This document shows, in pieces, positions 22,004 through 33,127 of a stretch of DNA of 64,000 nt. The translations under genes were made by a program, and so were the position numbers. Below the pieces are notes generated by a model. It was given only the letters and a program-made list of their open reading frames with translations, was not told the DNA's origin and ran no database searches. How positions within the stretch are numbered: position 1 is the stretch's first letter; each line of letters starts with the position of its first letter. This stretch comes from Spirochaetia bacterium. GTDB lineage: Bacteria > Spirochaetota > Spirochaetia > SZUA-6 > Bin103. The stretch lies in NCBI GenBank assembly GCA_965203905.1, contig CBDBDQ010000005.1:4736001-4800000 (forward strand). Direction: 5' to 3'.

Positions 22004-22226
22004 GGTTAGTCAAGTATATTGTCACCCTTCCGTCAATAATGCACGCGCTAACTCAGTTGCCACTGAAGAGCGTCACGATCTCGTATCCCAGATTCACAAA
22101 TACATCGACCGTCAAGTTCAGGGAAACCACGAGAACACGGTCCTGTACAAGGGCGCGGCAGAGGCGCTACTGAGTCTTCTGGATTCTCCGTCAGAGTCGG
22201 TTGGTTAGTCAAGTATATTGTTACCC
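22004..22226. repeat. 24-bp direct repeat GGTTAGTCAAGTATATTGTYACCC (22004-22027 and 22203-22226)
   Basis: 23/24 identical by inspection; the second copy abuts the truncated ISAs1 gene. Confidence 0.85.
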
Positions 22227-23043
22227 CATCCTGCATCGCCACCGCGCCCATTATCTGCTTTCGGTCAAGGGCAACGCTTCCGAGACCTTCGCAGCGTTGC
22301 GCACCATCGACTGGGATCAGACCGCCGCGGCGAGTTTCCGCGAGCAACCAAGCAAGGTCCATAGCCGCATCGAGCAGTGCCACATCCAGACCATGGAACC
22401 CGAGTCCGGCATGCTCAGCTACCCGCTTGTCAAGCAGGTGTTTCGCATCATCCGCCACCGCCACACAATCAAGACCGGCATCGATCCCAACGAAGTGGCC
22501 TACGGCATCACTTCGTGGTGCCCGAGAGTGCGGATGTGGCGCGGCTGCTAGCGCTCAATCGCGGACACTGGACCGTCGAGAACCTGAACCACCGCTTCCG
22601 CGATACCACCTTCGCCGAAGATGCCTCTCGATGCACACCCGCCACGGTCCGTCCAACAACGCCATCCTCAACAACTTGGCGCTCGCGGTGATCTTCCATC
22701 GCGGCCGCAAGCCCGTCGCCGTTGCGGTGCAGGAATCTGCGATGGACCGCAGCCAAGCTACGCGCGCTCACTGAACCCAGTCTGATCGTTCAGTGCAACG
22801 CCCTCTGATCCGAACCCTGCGTGTGCCGGAAACCACCGGCCAGCGATCCCACCGCTACGGTTCCCGACCGTTGCCCACCGTCACCGCCCTACCACCCGGT
22901 AGTCGCAGCGCTCCAACTGCCACCAGTACGCATTCGACTTCGTCCCCCGCACGCCGACTCTGCGCCACTGACCGAATCGTCCCTCTGCATCTCCCCTGCA
23001 TCGCCCTTCTTCGCTTCAGGTTCTCAAGCGTGACATGCCCCTG
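22227..23043 (+). mobile_element. ISAs1-family transposase remnant
   Basis: HYLLSVKGN, EVAYGITS, RGHWTVENLNHRFRDTTFAED; frameshifted; CCCTG end at 23043. Confidence 0.8.
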
Positions 23044-23162
23044 GGCGGAACGTGGCGGAACGCGCGACGGGTTGAACGGGTTGACAGCCGTGCTGTGAAA
23101 TGCGAAAGTAATTGCAACAATGAGTATGTCCCGTATAACTTAGGCCCAGGGCAGCGGTTCCC

Positions 23163-23399
23163 GTGCCCAATCATTTCGCTCCTAACCGAACGACAGCTTC
23201 GGCTCGTGATTCTCTTCCTGCAATCTTGAGGACGCCATCGGTGTTGGCTCTGATAGGACTCTCTCGCACGACGTTGTGGCGACGCGTACGTGCCGGCCAC
23301 TTCCCAGCGCCAGTCAGGCTCGGGGGCGAGGGATCCCGAGCCGTCGGCTGGCGACGTGAGGATGTCGAACGATGGTTGGATGCGTTGCCGAATGCGTAA
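23163..23399 (+). CDS. alpA: AlpA-family regulator, second copy
   Basis: ILRTPSVLALIGLSRTTLWRRVRAGHFPAPVRLGGEGSRAVGWRREDV, close paralog of 15033-15275. Confidence 0.85.
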   Translation: MPNHFAPNRTTASARDSLPAILRTPSVLALIGLSRTTLWRRVRAGHFPAPVRLGGEGSRAVGWRREDVERWLDALPNA

Positions 23400-23638
23400 G
23401 CCGTTACATGAGTCTTCCACAGAGTCCATCGACGGTGGGACGCCGCCTCTCTACAGCGCAGCCCGAACGCCGTTGTTCAGCGCCGGGCGGCTCAGCGGCA
23501 CGATCACGGGTTGGACAGTAACCGGCGGAACGAAGCATATACATGCCCCCATCACTCTGAAAACATCCCTGCGCACGGCCCAACGGACGGCCCGCGGACG
23601 CGACGGGTCAGAGTCGGTCGAGACGCCGGCACCAGCGC

Positions 23639-24417
23639 TCAGATCGCGCGCGAGCGCCAGGTATCGAGGAACTCGCGCAGGCGCGCTCTCCGCGGTCGCT
23701 TGAAGATGTCGTCCGGGGGACCGCGCTCGATGACCTCGCCGCCATCCATGAACACCACCTCGTCGGCCACGTGGGCGGCGAATCCCATCTCGCGGGTGAC
23801 CACGACCATGGTCATGCCGTCGCTCGCGAGTTCCTGCATCACCTGCAGCACTTCGCCCAACAGTTCCGGATCCAGCGCCGACGTGGGCTCGTCGAAGTAC
23901 ATCACGTGCGAACGCATCGCCAGCGCCCGCGCGATGGCGGTGCGCTGCTGCTGGCCGCCGGAGAGCTGCGCCGGTTATTGTGGGCCTTGTCGTCCACCCC
24001 TACCTTGCCCAGCATCTCCATGCCGATCTGCTCCGCGGCCCGCTTGCCGAGTTTTTTGACCACCCGCAACGCCTCGGTCACGTTTCCAAGCGCGGTCTTG
24101 TGCGGCCACAGGCTGTAGTGCTGGAACACCATGCCGATGACGCTGCGCACCGAGTCGACGTTGCGGTCGCTGTCGGGCACCCGCCTGCCGTCGACCTCGC
24201 GGTAGCCGAGCAGCCGGCCCTCGATGACCACCCGACCATCGTCATACCGGTCGAGGAACGCCATGCACCGCAGCAGGGTGCTCTTGCCGGAGCCGGACGG
24301 GCCGATTACGCAGACCACGCGCGAGGAATCGACGGCGAGGTCGATGCCGCGCAGGACGTGAACCGCGCCGAATCGCGTGTGCAGGCCCTCTACCAGGACT
24401 ACGGGCTCTTGTTCCAT
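23639..24417 (-). pseudogene. Polar amino-acid ABC ATP-binding protein, frameshifted
   Basis: GPSGSGKST Walker A, LSGGQQQR signature out of frame, [12 protein letters not shown]; H-loop mutated (VVTRE). Confidence 0.85.
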
Positions 24418-24440
24418 TGCCACTCCCGCCGTATCGCCGC

Positions 24441-25098
24441 TCATGCTACTCTGCTGAACCGGCGCTCCAGGAGGCCGCCGGAGAACGCGATGCCCTCGAT
24501 GACCAGCCAGTAGAGCAGGGCGACGGCGACGTAGGGCTCGATCACGGCGAAGGTCTCATTCACCATCTGCGTGGTGTTCTTGGTCAACTCGGCGACCGTG
24601 ATGATCGACAGGAGTGCCGACTCCTTGACCAGGATGATCACCTGGTTGGTCGATGGCGGGATGATCAGCGTCAGCATCTGCGGGATCTGGATGCGGGCAA
24701 CGATCAGCCGACGTGGGATGCCCGAGCATACGCGCGGCTTCGACCTGTCCGGACGGGATCGACAGGAAGCCGGCCCGGAAGATCTCCGCGAAGTAGCCGC
24801 CGCCATAGACGCCGAGGCCGATGACTCCGACCGGTTCGGCGTCCATGGTCAGCCCGATCGCCGGGCCGCCGTAGTACAGGATGAACAGCAGCCCCAGGAT
24901 CGGCGTGCCGCGCATGACCTCAATGTACGCCCGGCACAGAAGCTGGACGGGGCGCAGCGGCAGGCTGTAGAGGAGCGCTGCCGCGAGCCCGGCGGCCACG
25001 GCCAGAAGCGAAGCGAGGGCGCAGATGCTTACCGTCGTCCACAGTCCCGCCAGCAGTAGCGGACCGTAGCGGAGTACGATGTCGATGTCGAACGACAC
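24441..25098 (-). pseudogene. Polar amino-acid ABC permease, frameshifted
   Basis: RGTP, AEIFRAG...GQVEAA in one frame; LVKESALLSIITVAEL in another. Confidence 0.85.
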
Positions 25099-26113
25099 GC
25101 TCTTGCCCAGGACCGGCTAGCGCGGCGTGGCGCCGGCGTGGCGGCGCTCAAAGTAGGCCCCGGCGCGGGCCAATGCACTGGTAAACGAGCGGCTGATCAT
25201 CTGCGAGCGGCAGCGGCTGTAGGAGAAGCAGGACGGTGCCGGAGCCCTGGCTGTGGGCTGGCCGGTAGCGCTTCCTGATCGGCGCGAGATCGAAGCGGAG
25301 CTGTCGGTTCGGATAGGCTTCGCCAGGGATCCTCGTTGGCGTCGTGTGAGCACCATTGGCATTTGGACGGGGCGGACTCCCGGAACGATTCGGCCGCGGT
25401 CAGGACGAACACGGGCTGCGGCAGCCGCCGCTGTAGGAGATCACGATGGTGAGGATGTTGCCGGTCACCGCGCGGCGGCATTCAGGGCGAACGGATCGGT
25501 CTGCCGATCGGCAGTGGGGCCTAAGGCTGGCCTAAGGCGGCCTAAGGCCTATCCCGAGCCCTTGGTGCAACTCGCCGCAGCGGATCGAGTCAGGATGGCC
25601 GACGGCGCCGCGGCAGTCGGGTCGCGATGCAGGCCGCCACCACGAGCAGCGCAAGGAAGCAGAAGAACGGCCCAGGGCCGCGCTTCCCGTTCGATTTATC
25701 ACTGACAGCAAACAAACGGGTCCTCCGCCGTCACGACGGCAATCCTACCTGCGTTGACTGATCTGGCAATACCTCCCCACAATCCTTCCAACCGAGAAAG
25801 GGACTTGCGGCTGGGCTTCATGCCGGGTCGCTGGTCAATACAACAGCTCCATGTGGGGCAGGGAGTAGCTACCCGGTCCCGGAGCGAATAGCCAGAAACC
25901 CAAGGATACCTGTGTGCCCACGCATGCGAGTCCCTTTCTCAAACGGCCCGGCACCTTCCGGGGTGCGGGCGACTACGAGGAAGGAGCCACCATGCTCTAC
26001 CGTCATCCCGTCGCAGAGCCCTTCGTGATCATCACCGTGCCGTGCGGGTCACAGCACCGGCACGTGCGGTGCGCGCGCCGTCGCCTCCGCTGCCGTAGCA
26101 ACGGCGGCCGGTA

Positions 26114-27634
26114 ATGCCCGGTCGAGTTATAGCCGCGGCTGCCATGGCGGCAACCCTGACGCTGTTAGGCTGCGAGATGCCGCCAGGTCCACCGGGTCCA
26201 GCCGGTGAGAGGGGCCTACAGGGTGAGAGGGGCCCACAGGGTGAGCGCGGGCCACAGGGTGAGACTGGAGTTCCCGGACCCGAGGGCCCGGTCGGGCCGA
26301 CCGGACCACAGGGCGTGCCTGGAGACGACGGGGTACCTGGGCCGTCTCGAACGCTACCCAGTATTGAAAGTTGCAGGTACCCCTTCTGGTGGGGTGAGAT
26401 CGACTACATAGACGCCGAGTCATGTATCGATCAAGGGGTAGACCTGAATGACCACCGCGGCCATTGGCCTTTTTTGCACAACGCTGCTGCCAGACAAGAT
26501 GACCATCGGATTATCGGTCTCATGGTTGATCGCGGTGGTGCCAATATTGAAGCCGAGGACTCCAACGGTGAGAGGGCGGTCTATGCAGCAACACGAAACG
26601 ACAATCAAATGGCCATAGAGATGCTCATCATCTTGGGCGCTGATCTCGGCGTCCGGTACGGATATCAAAAAAGATCAGTTCTTCATCAGGCCGCCAGAAT
26701 CAGCAACTATGGTGTGATAAAAGCCCTTTTGGATGCAGGGATGAACGTAAATATAAAGAGTGGAATCGGACAAACTCCGCTGCAGGAAGCCGCGAGCCAA
26801 AACACATCTTCCGTAGTCAGGATGCTCATCGAGGAAGGAGCAAACGTAAACGTTACACAAGGTGGAGGATCGCCCCTATATCTCGCGGCCTACGACAATG
26901 AGGCAGATGTAGTAGAAACTCTAATTCGACATGGGGCTCACATCAACCCACCTGGGCTGACCCCACTACACGCTGCTGCTATAGGAAATCCCAGGCCTGA
27001 AGTGGTTTGGATGTTGTTGCACCACGGTGCTGATCCTAATTCTAGAACCCGGGACCAAGGCGAAACGCCTTTATACTGGGCTGCCAGAGGAGATAATTAT
27101 AGCGCCACCATAGCACTACTGAACGCCGGCGCTGACCCTCTGATAACTGACAACTTGGGATTCACCCCCCTGCACGCGGCAGCGACACTAGGGGACGGCG
27201 TGGCAGTCGCATTGGCTCTCATGTCGATAGGTGACGTGGCCGTAGACCATAGGACGATTACTCAGGTTACTCCGTTACATCTGGCAGCCCAGGCCAATAC
27301 GAACGTCATAATGTTGAAGTGTCTATTGCGCCAGGGAGCCGATATTGAGGCTCGAGATGTATGGCAACTGACTCCCCTACACCGAGCTGCACGTTGGAAC
27401 AATAACGCCGATGTTATCAGCGTTCTCTTAGATTCCGGTGCGAACATAAGAGCAGAAGACAAGAACGGTATGACCCCCTGGGACTTGGCGCAGAACAACG
27501 ACGCCATCAAGGGAACCGAAGCTTACTGGCGCCTAAGGCCCGATAGCAGCAGCTCGAGCTGGTGGATTGGCCAAGCTGTCCTTGATGCGAAGGCTGCGGT
27601 CCTGGCCGTACCAAGCATAGGAGTGTCTCGATGA
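26114..27634 (+). CDS. Lipoprotein with a collagen-like stalk and ankyrin repeats
   Basis: Lipobox LLGC; 18 Gly-X-Y triplets; about 10 TPLH.AA...GA[DN] ankyrin repeats. Confidence 0.92.
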   Translation: MPGRVIAAAAMAATLTLLGCEMPPGPPGPAGERGLQGERGPQGERGPQGETGVPGPEGPVGPTGPQGVPGDDGVPGPSRTLPSIESCRYPFWWGEIDYIDAESCIDQGVDLNDHRGHWPFLHNAAARQDDHRIIGLMVDRGGANIEAEDSNGERAVYAATRNDNQMAIEMLIILGADLGVRYGYQKRSVLHQAARISNYGVIKALLDAGMNVNIKSGIGQTPLQEAASQNTSSVVRMLIEEGANVNVTQGGGSPLYLAAYDNEADVVETLIRHGAHINPPGLTPLHAAAIGNPRPEVVWMLLHHGADPNSRTRDQGETPLYWAARGDNYSATIALLNAGADPLITDNLGFTPLHAAATLGDGVAVALALMSIGDVAVDHRTITQVTPLHLAAQANTNVIMLKCLLRQGADIEARDVWQLTPLHRAARWNNNADVISVLLDSGANIRAEDKNGMTPWDLAQNNDAIKGTEAYWRLRPDSSSSSWWIGQAVLDAKAAVLAVPSIGVSR

Positions 27635-28578
27635 ACTTGAACCTAAACGGCGCCGGTAATAGACATGAGCGTTGCCGGAGAGTTCCGCAAGCCGCGCATT
27701 GTATCGTGGCGGTGGTGTTCGGAAGTCTCTGGTTTATGGTCGCCGGGCGCGCTGTCTCGTTGCCCGATTGTCTGCCGGACTGTGCCGGTGCCGACCTGGC
27801 CGGCATTGATCTGAGCGTGTCCACCTTGACCGGCGCGAACTTGGAAGGGGCGGACTTACACCAATCCAACATGTTCGGCGTCAGGCTGACCGGCGCGAAC
27901 CTACGCAACGCCAAGCTGTACGGCGCCGACTTGGGCGAGGCAGACCTGAGCGGTGCTGACTTGAGCCGTGCCATCCTTTGGGCTGCCCATATGTCGGCTG
28001 CCGACCTAAGCGGTGCACAACTGTTCGGCGCCAACTTGGTAAGCACCAATCTGGTAGGCGCTAACCTGAGCGACGCTGACCTCAGTGGTGTGCAACTAGT
28101 GGGTGCCAGCTTGGCAAGAGCGGACCTGCGCCACGCTCGGCTGGCCCGAGCGGACCTGACTGGCGCGTTCCTGACGTACGCCAACTTGACTGGCGCTCTG
28201 CTGGTTAATGCGAGTCTGATCCATGCCAATCTGAGCAACGCCAACTTGGAGAGTGCCAGCATGATGGACGCGGATCTGAGTCATGCCCGCCTGCGCCACG
28301 CGGATCTGAGCGGCGCGGTATTGACCGGCGCCAACCTGGAAGGCGCGGACCTGCGCCATGCTGTCCTGCGCCACGCTGTCCTGCTCGGTGTTGACCTGAG
28401 CGGCGCGGACTTGAGCGCCGCTGACCTGCGTCAAGCTAGACTGGGGACCGCGAACCTATCCGGCGCCGACCTGACTGCTGCTGACTTGAGCGGAACCAAC
28501 CTGGAGGGCGTGATCTTGGCCGATGTGCAGGGTTGCGATACGGCAACGCAGCCGAGCCCTGTACTGCCCGGTTGCTGA
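27631..28578 (+). CDS. Exported pentapeptide-repeat protein
   Basis: Hydrophobic leader, CxxxC cap, about 50 A[DN]Lxx repeats; ATGA overlap with the ankyrin gene. Confidence 0.92.
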   Translation: MNLNLNGAGNRHERCRRVPQAAHCIVAVVFGSLWFMVAGRAVSLPDCLPDCAGADLAGIDLSVSTLTGANLEGADLHQSNMFGVRLTGANLRNAKLYGADLGEADLSGADLSRAILWAAHMSAADLSGAQLFGANLVSTNLVGANLSDADLSGVQLVGASLARADLRHARLARADLTGAFLTYANLTGALLVNASLIHANLSNANLESASMMDADLSHARLRHADLSGAVLTGANLEGADLRHAVLRHAVLLGVDLSGADLSAADLRQARLGTANLSGADLTAADLSGTNLEGVILADVQGCDTATQPSPVLPGC

Positions 28579-28852
28579 GGGCCGGCCGCGCGCCGCGTGA
28601 AACGGTGCCACACCTCTGCTCTCGCCCGTTTTGCGTGCCGTGAACATGAGTTGGAACGAGACGGGGTAGGCCGGTTGTGCTAGCTATATAGAGGCCTGTG
28701 ATCAGGGCCGACGAGATCAGGACCGCCAGGCGTCCGCGGTGGACCTTCCGGCTGAAAGCCGATGTGGCCCGAGCTGAAGCGCGCTGCGGGTGAGAGCCTC
28801 CCAGGCCGCGGCCGCCACGTCGGGATGGCACGCGGTCGACGCGCTCGCTCAC

Positions 28853-29296
28853 TCACCCGTCGCCGTCCTCCACGAGATAGTCGTCCAGGGTGACGGACTC
28901 GCAGAGGATCAGCTTCTTGTCGAGCGCTATGCGGGCTTTGTGCAGGCGGCGCACATCGGCGTTGTTGCCGGCCGCTACTATCTTCGACACTCGTTGATGG
29001 GTGACCCCGAACCGATACGCGATCTCTTTCAGGGAAAGGCCCTGCGCGTACAACTGGTGCATACGCATCTTCCGGATGTTCGGTTGGCGAGCGGCGGCAC
29101 GCGGCACATCGCCCGCTGACACCGGCCCGGCCGCGGTTGACACCGCCTGCAGGTGATTCAAGCGATGGCGGTGAACCGCTGCGTAGCTCACCCCGTTGCG
29201 CCGTCCCACCTCCCGCAGCGACATCCCTGCCGCCAGATCAGCCTCAACTCGTTGCTTGATTACCGGGTCTCTGCAGATCGAACAGGATCGCGCCAC
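28853..29296 (-). CDS. CxxC plus double-HTH DNA-binding protein (phage/satellite type)
   Basis: CSIC...GMSLREVGRRNGVS..AVHRH...H, and a second HTH GLSLKEIAYRFGVTHQRVSKI. Confidence 0.7.
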   Translation of the reverse strand: MARSCSICRDPVIKQRVEADLAAGMSLREVGRRNGVSYAAVHRHRLNHLQAVSTAAGPVSAGDVPRAAARQPNIRKMRMHQLYAQGLSLKEIAYRFGVTHQRVSKIVAAGNNADVRRLHKARIALDKKLILCESVTLDDYLVEDGDG

Positions 29297-29348
29297 TTAT
29301 ACACCACCACCATGTTACGACACTGCTCCGGTTCCACTCAATGGCCTG

Positions 29349-29396
29349 GACTTTCTGGTAGTGTCTCAGTTTGAACTGAGACACTGCCGACTTTCT
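29349..29396. mobile_element. 32-bp IR-only mini-element with an 8-bp target duplication
   Basis: GACTTTCT-[GGTAGTGTCTCAGTT-TG-AACTGAGACACTGCC]-GACTTTCT. Confidence 0.85.
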
Positions 29397-29482
29397 GTTA
29401 CGATTCACAACGCGAGGCACCTGCTACGAAAATCACAACGGTTCAACGGTTCGGTGCCTGTATCAAGAGCAAAATCGTATGT

Positions 29483-29549
29483 GGCAACACTATCGTCAAC
29501 ACGAACGTCAACCTTTCTGTCAACGTTTTCTGCAACGCTTTTCTGCTAC
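29483..29549. repeat. Phased array of CAAC boxes with a 12-bp period
   Basis: GGCAAC 29483, GTCAAC 29495/29507/29519, TGCAAC 29531, TGCTAC 29544. Confidence 0.8.
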
Positions 29550-30003
29550 TTTGCCGAATTACGTGGCTCTGTATTGGCCAAAAAATGTCTCGGACCCCTT
29601 GACACGATTCTCCAGCACCTCCCTACTAGTCCTGGAGTCGCTTCTGGCAGTCCGGAAGCTGGTGGCGTAAGCCACCGGCCCTCCGGGGAGAGCGCGCAGC
29701 AGGCCCACCTCCCGGTTAGAATAGTAAGTGAGGCAGAGCCGCTCACCGATGCCCACAGCCCGTCTCGGGAGTCTGAAGTGTTACGAAATGGCTGTGGATA
29801 GCGGGCAGAACGCCCCACAATGGCCCTCCGCGCCTCTATCTCAATGAAAAGCAGGGGGGCGGCCTCTCCGCGAGGTCAAACACTTGGTCTGCGCACCTGA
29901 ACACCAAGCTGCGCACCCGCTACAAGCCGGATAGACAGCCGCAGCGCTGAAGCAGTATCCTGCCTGCAGGGGCACCGAGCACGTGTAGGCTTGTGTATAC
30001 GAT

Positions 30004-30675
30004 ATGGATACCCCCCACCCCCCTGACAAACGGATAGAACCTCTCACTGAGCCAGAGGAAAAGACTGGCCGTAAGTACTTTGAACGCAACACAAAGAACG
30101 CCAGAGCCGGGCGCATCCTCTGGTTCCGGGTGCGGGTCCAGGGCATGTCAACACATGACGCCTGGATGTCGATCTTCCCGAACGCCGGCAAGAACCGCCG
30201 CAGCATCCAGCAACAGGCGTCTCGATTCCTGCGCTGGTACGAGGAAAACTACCCCGGCACGTTCCACGAAATCGCCGCCGCGTTCGACCTGACGCCGCAG
30301 CGCATGGGCGAGTTGCTCGACGAGATGTTCCATGCCAAGGTCTGGCGCTGGGACCCGAAACAGGAGAAGCACGTCGAGACGGACGAGCCCAACTGGAAGG
30401 TGCGCACCGCCGCTTTCGACCGGCTGCTGAAGCTCATGGAGAAGGATGAGAAGTGGCGCCGGCAGTTCATCGAGCAGGACGAGAGCCGGCCCGTCAACCT
30501 CGCCACCATCCCCGAGTTCAAGACGATGGAAGAGTTCGAGGCGTGGAAGGCCAACCGCGACATCCTCAAGGAGATCGAGGAGAAGCGCAAACAGGCGATG
30601 GAAGCCCATGAGCGCGTCGTCGAGGCCGAGGGCCGGAAGTTGCCCCCGCCGCCGACGAATGGCTCCCACCACTGA
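30004..30675 (+). CDS. Hypothetical phage protein, terminase small subunit-like
   Basis: GMSTHDAW...QQASRFL and WKVRTAAFDRLLKL resemble TerS HTH and oligomerisation motifs; by eye only. Confidence 0.45.
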   Translation: MDTPHPPDKRIEPLTEPEEKTGRKYFERNTKNARAGRILWFRVRVQGMSTHDAWMSIFPNAGKNRRSIQQQASRFLRWYEENYPGTFHEIAAAFDLTPQRMGELLDEMFHAKVWRWDPKQEKHVETDEPNWKVRTAAFDRLLKLMEKDEKWRRQFIEQDESRPVNLATIPEFKTMEEFEAWKANRDILKEIEEKRKQAMEAHERVVEAEGRKLPPPPTNGSHH

Positions 30676-30749
30676 GTGAACGGCTCTGAGTGAACGACAG
30701 ATGATGCGGCTCTGCGCGGGCTGGCGTGTGCCGACATGTGTCGACAAAT

Positions 30750-30956
30750 ATGGATACCCCTCAGCCCCCTGCGAAACGGCCAGAACCCCTTACAGAACCA
30801 GAGGAAAAGGAAGGCGTAATTAACTTGAACGCAACACAAAGAACGCCAGAACCGGGCGCATCCTGTGGTTCCGGGTGAAGGTCCAGGGCATGTCGACACA
30901 TGACGCTTGGGTCTCGATCTTCCCGAACGCCGGCAAGAACCGCCTGCAGCATCCAG
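30750..30956 (+). pseudogene. Diverged, frameshifted duplicate of the 5' 200 bp of 30004-30675
   Basis: Colinear match from ATGGATACCCC to CAGCATCCAG with mostly third-position changes and indels. Confidence 0.85.
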
Positions 30957-31670
30957 TCTCAGGCGTCTCGCGCCGCGCGGTTGCATCCGGTATACTCACG
31001 ACGATCAGCGCTTCCGCCGGCCCTGGTTCCTTTTCTGTCGGGGCTCTGGTCCGGGTGCCCGTTGAGTTGCGGAAACGACACTCGGGCACCTGTTCTTTTC
31101 TCCAGCGGGAATCGCCGCTCCTGTAGCCACGGCGCGCTGGCAGCGCTGAGGTGGTGCCCATACACCATCTCGCACGTGTGACGGCTCCTGGGGCGCCTGA
31201 GCGACTGGGCAAGCAGCGAAGGCGGCCCGGGGGTCCCCACCGGGACCTCCCCTTGCTACTTCTCACCGATACCCAGGACGCAAGCTCGATGGCGGTGATG
31301 CGTTGGTTCAGGACGAACGTGGCGTCGCCGGCCGTTCAAAGCGCCAGTCGTTCTGGTTGGGCATCGTTCCTTAGACGCGAAAAGCCGCCTCCCCCCGACA
31401 CTCGGCAGGGGAAGGCGGCAGTTACGGAGGGGTGTTACCCCAAGCACAAGCCTATCGGTGTGCGCCGGGGCACGGCAAGTAGCGGGCGGAAGGGACAAGG
31501 TGGGAGGCCCGCCCGCGATCCACGGGGTACGGCTCCCACGTCCGCAGCTCCGGGATTCGCCGCGGCGAGGGCCTTCGATCATCCCAGTTCGCGGCAACGC
31601 AGCCGCTCCAGGCGCTCGGTTTCGGGTGGGAGGCCATCCCGCTGTCGGCCGCCCTGGTCTCCCACCAGGT

Positions 31671-32771
31671 TCAACCAGGTGCGTCTGCAGTCGACGGGCC
31701 CGCGCGCCCAGGCGGCTCGGTTTCGGAGTCAGGTGGGGGATCATCCCGCGAATCCGCGGGTTCGACCGACACCAGCATGGGCGGTGGTGCCATGTAGGGC
31801 ACGTGCATCAACTCCGCGGCGCGGCGCTTGGCTTCCTCGGGGCGGCGGTCATAGCGCTGGGTGGTCTGGACGTTCGCGTGCCCCGCGAGCTGCTGCACAC
31901 TGGAAATATCGGCACCGGCATCGAGCATCTCGCCGACGAAGCTGCGGCGCAGGTCGTGCGGCGAGAACTGTTTGATGCCGGCGAGCTTGGCGAGGTAGCG
32001 CAGGCGCTGCATTACCGCATGGGCGGTCATGCCGCGATGCTGGATCTTCCCGCCCTTGGCGACTGGCACCAGGAGCGCACCCGGCCAGAAGCCGCGCCGG
32101 GCGAGCCACGCATCGACGGCCTCGCGGCCGCCGGTCGGTGCATAGACGATTCGTTCCTTGCGCCCCTTACCCCGGCGCACGGTAACCGCGCCGTCGTCGT
32201 AGTCGTCGAGTTGGACGGTGACGACCTCGCTGCGGCGCAACCCGCAGCCGTAGAGCAGCGCCAGCATGGCGGCGTCACGGGCGCCGACAGGCGTGTCCTC
32301 GCAGAACAGGAACAGCCGGCGCACGTCGCCGACGTCGACGTGGCGGCCAGCCGGCAGAGTGCTCGCCGGCACGTTCTTCACGTTGACGATGCGCGTCATG
32401 GTATCGGCGTCGATCTGTTCGAGGTTGAAGGCTTCCCTGGCCACGCCGCGCAAGGCCGACAGCAGGTGGTTGATCGTGGCCGGCTTGGCACCATCCTCGA
32501 TCAGCCGTGAGCGCAGCGCCGAGACATGCTGATAGCGTATCTGGGGCCAGTCCACGGCCAGGGCGTCGATGGTAAGGCCCGCGGTGAGGATCTCGGCCGC
32601 GCGATTGAGTGCGCGCTCCAGGCCGCGGCGGCCGACCGCGGACGGCTTGCCGGCCAGGTAGACGGAGGCAGGGTTTTCGTCGAGCGGTCCCGGATCGGCC
32701 AGGACCGGAACCGGCGCGGCCGCGGCCGGCGGTTGCGCCTGGGGAACGACAGCGGGCGGCAGCGCCTTCAT
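31671..32771 (-). CDS. Tyrosine recombinase/integrase (XerC-like)
   Basis: GARDAAMLALLYGCGLRRSE, GKGRKER, PHDLRRS, LAGHANVQTTQRYD; start MKALPP coupled to the upstream stop. Confidence 0.92.
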   Translation of the reverse strand: MKALPPAVVPQAQPPAAAAPVPVLADPGPLDENPASVYLAGKPSAVGRRGLERALNRAAEILTAGLTIDALAVDWPQIRYQHVSALRSRLIEDGAKPATINHLLSALRGVAREAFNLEQIDADTMTRIVNVKNVPASTLPAGRHVDVGDVRRLFLFCEDTPVGARDAAMLALLYGCGLRRSEVVTVQLDDYDDGAVTVRRGKGRKERIVYAPTGGREAVDAWLARRGFWPGALLVPVAKGGKIQHRGMTAHAVMQRLRYLAKLAGIKQFSPHDLRRSFVGEMLDAGADISSVQQLAGHANVQTTQRYDRRPEEAKRRAAELMHVPYMAPPPMLVSVEPADSRDDPPPDSETEPPGRAGPSTADAPG

Positions 32772-33070
32772 GCCGCACCCCGCCGTCGCGGCCGCGGCTC
32801 GGCGGGCGCACGGCGCCGCTGGATGATGCCGACCATGGTACCCTGCGTGGTGCGGGCGGTAGCGATCGCCGCCGTCGTCATTCCGTCCAGTGTAGCATCG
32901 ACCGGCAGGCCCGCACTCAGATAGCCGGCGCGCAAGTGGCTCCACCAGCGATCGCCGCGCGCCTCGCGGTGCGCGTACAGCGCGTTGACGCGCCCGATCT
33001 GGTGCGCCAACTGGAGTGCGGTCGGCATCCAGGGTACCCGCTCGGAGTACCGTAGTCTCTTGGTGCTCAT
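32768..33070 (-). CDS. Hypothetical phage protein
   Basis: AGGAGG RBS, MSTKRLRY start, stop overlaps the integrase start. Confidence 0.6.
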   Translation of the reverse strand: MSTKRLRYSERVPWMPTALQLAHQIGRVNALYAHREARGDRWWSHLRAGYLSAGLPVDATLDGMTTAAIATARTTQGTMVGIIQRRRAPAEPRPRRRGAA

Positions 33071-33127
33071 GTGTGAAAACTTCCTCCTGTAGATGTTTTC
33101 GGCACCCCGGCTGGGGCGCAAGGGTAG

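Noticed and set aside
30004-30956. 200-bp diverged repeat as a DGR template/variable repeat pair
   Set aside because: Differences are mostly synonymous and not adenine-specific, include indels, and match the gene's 5' end; there is no intact RT
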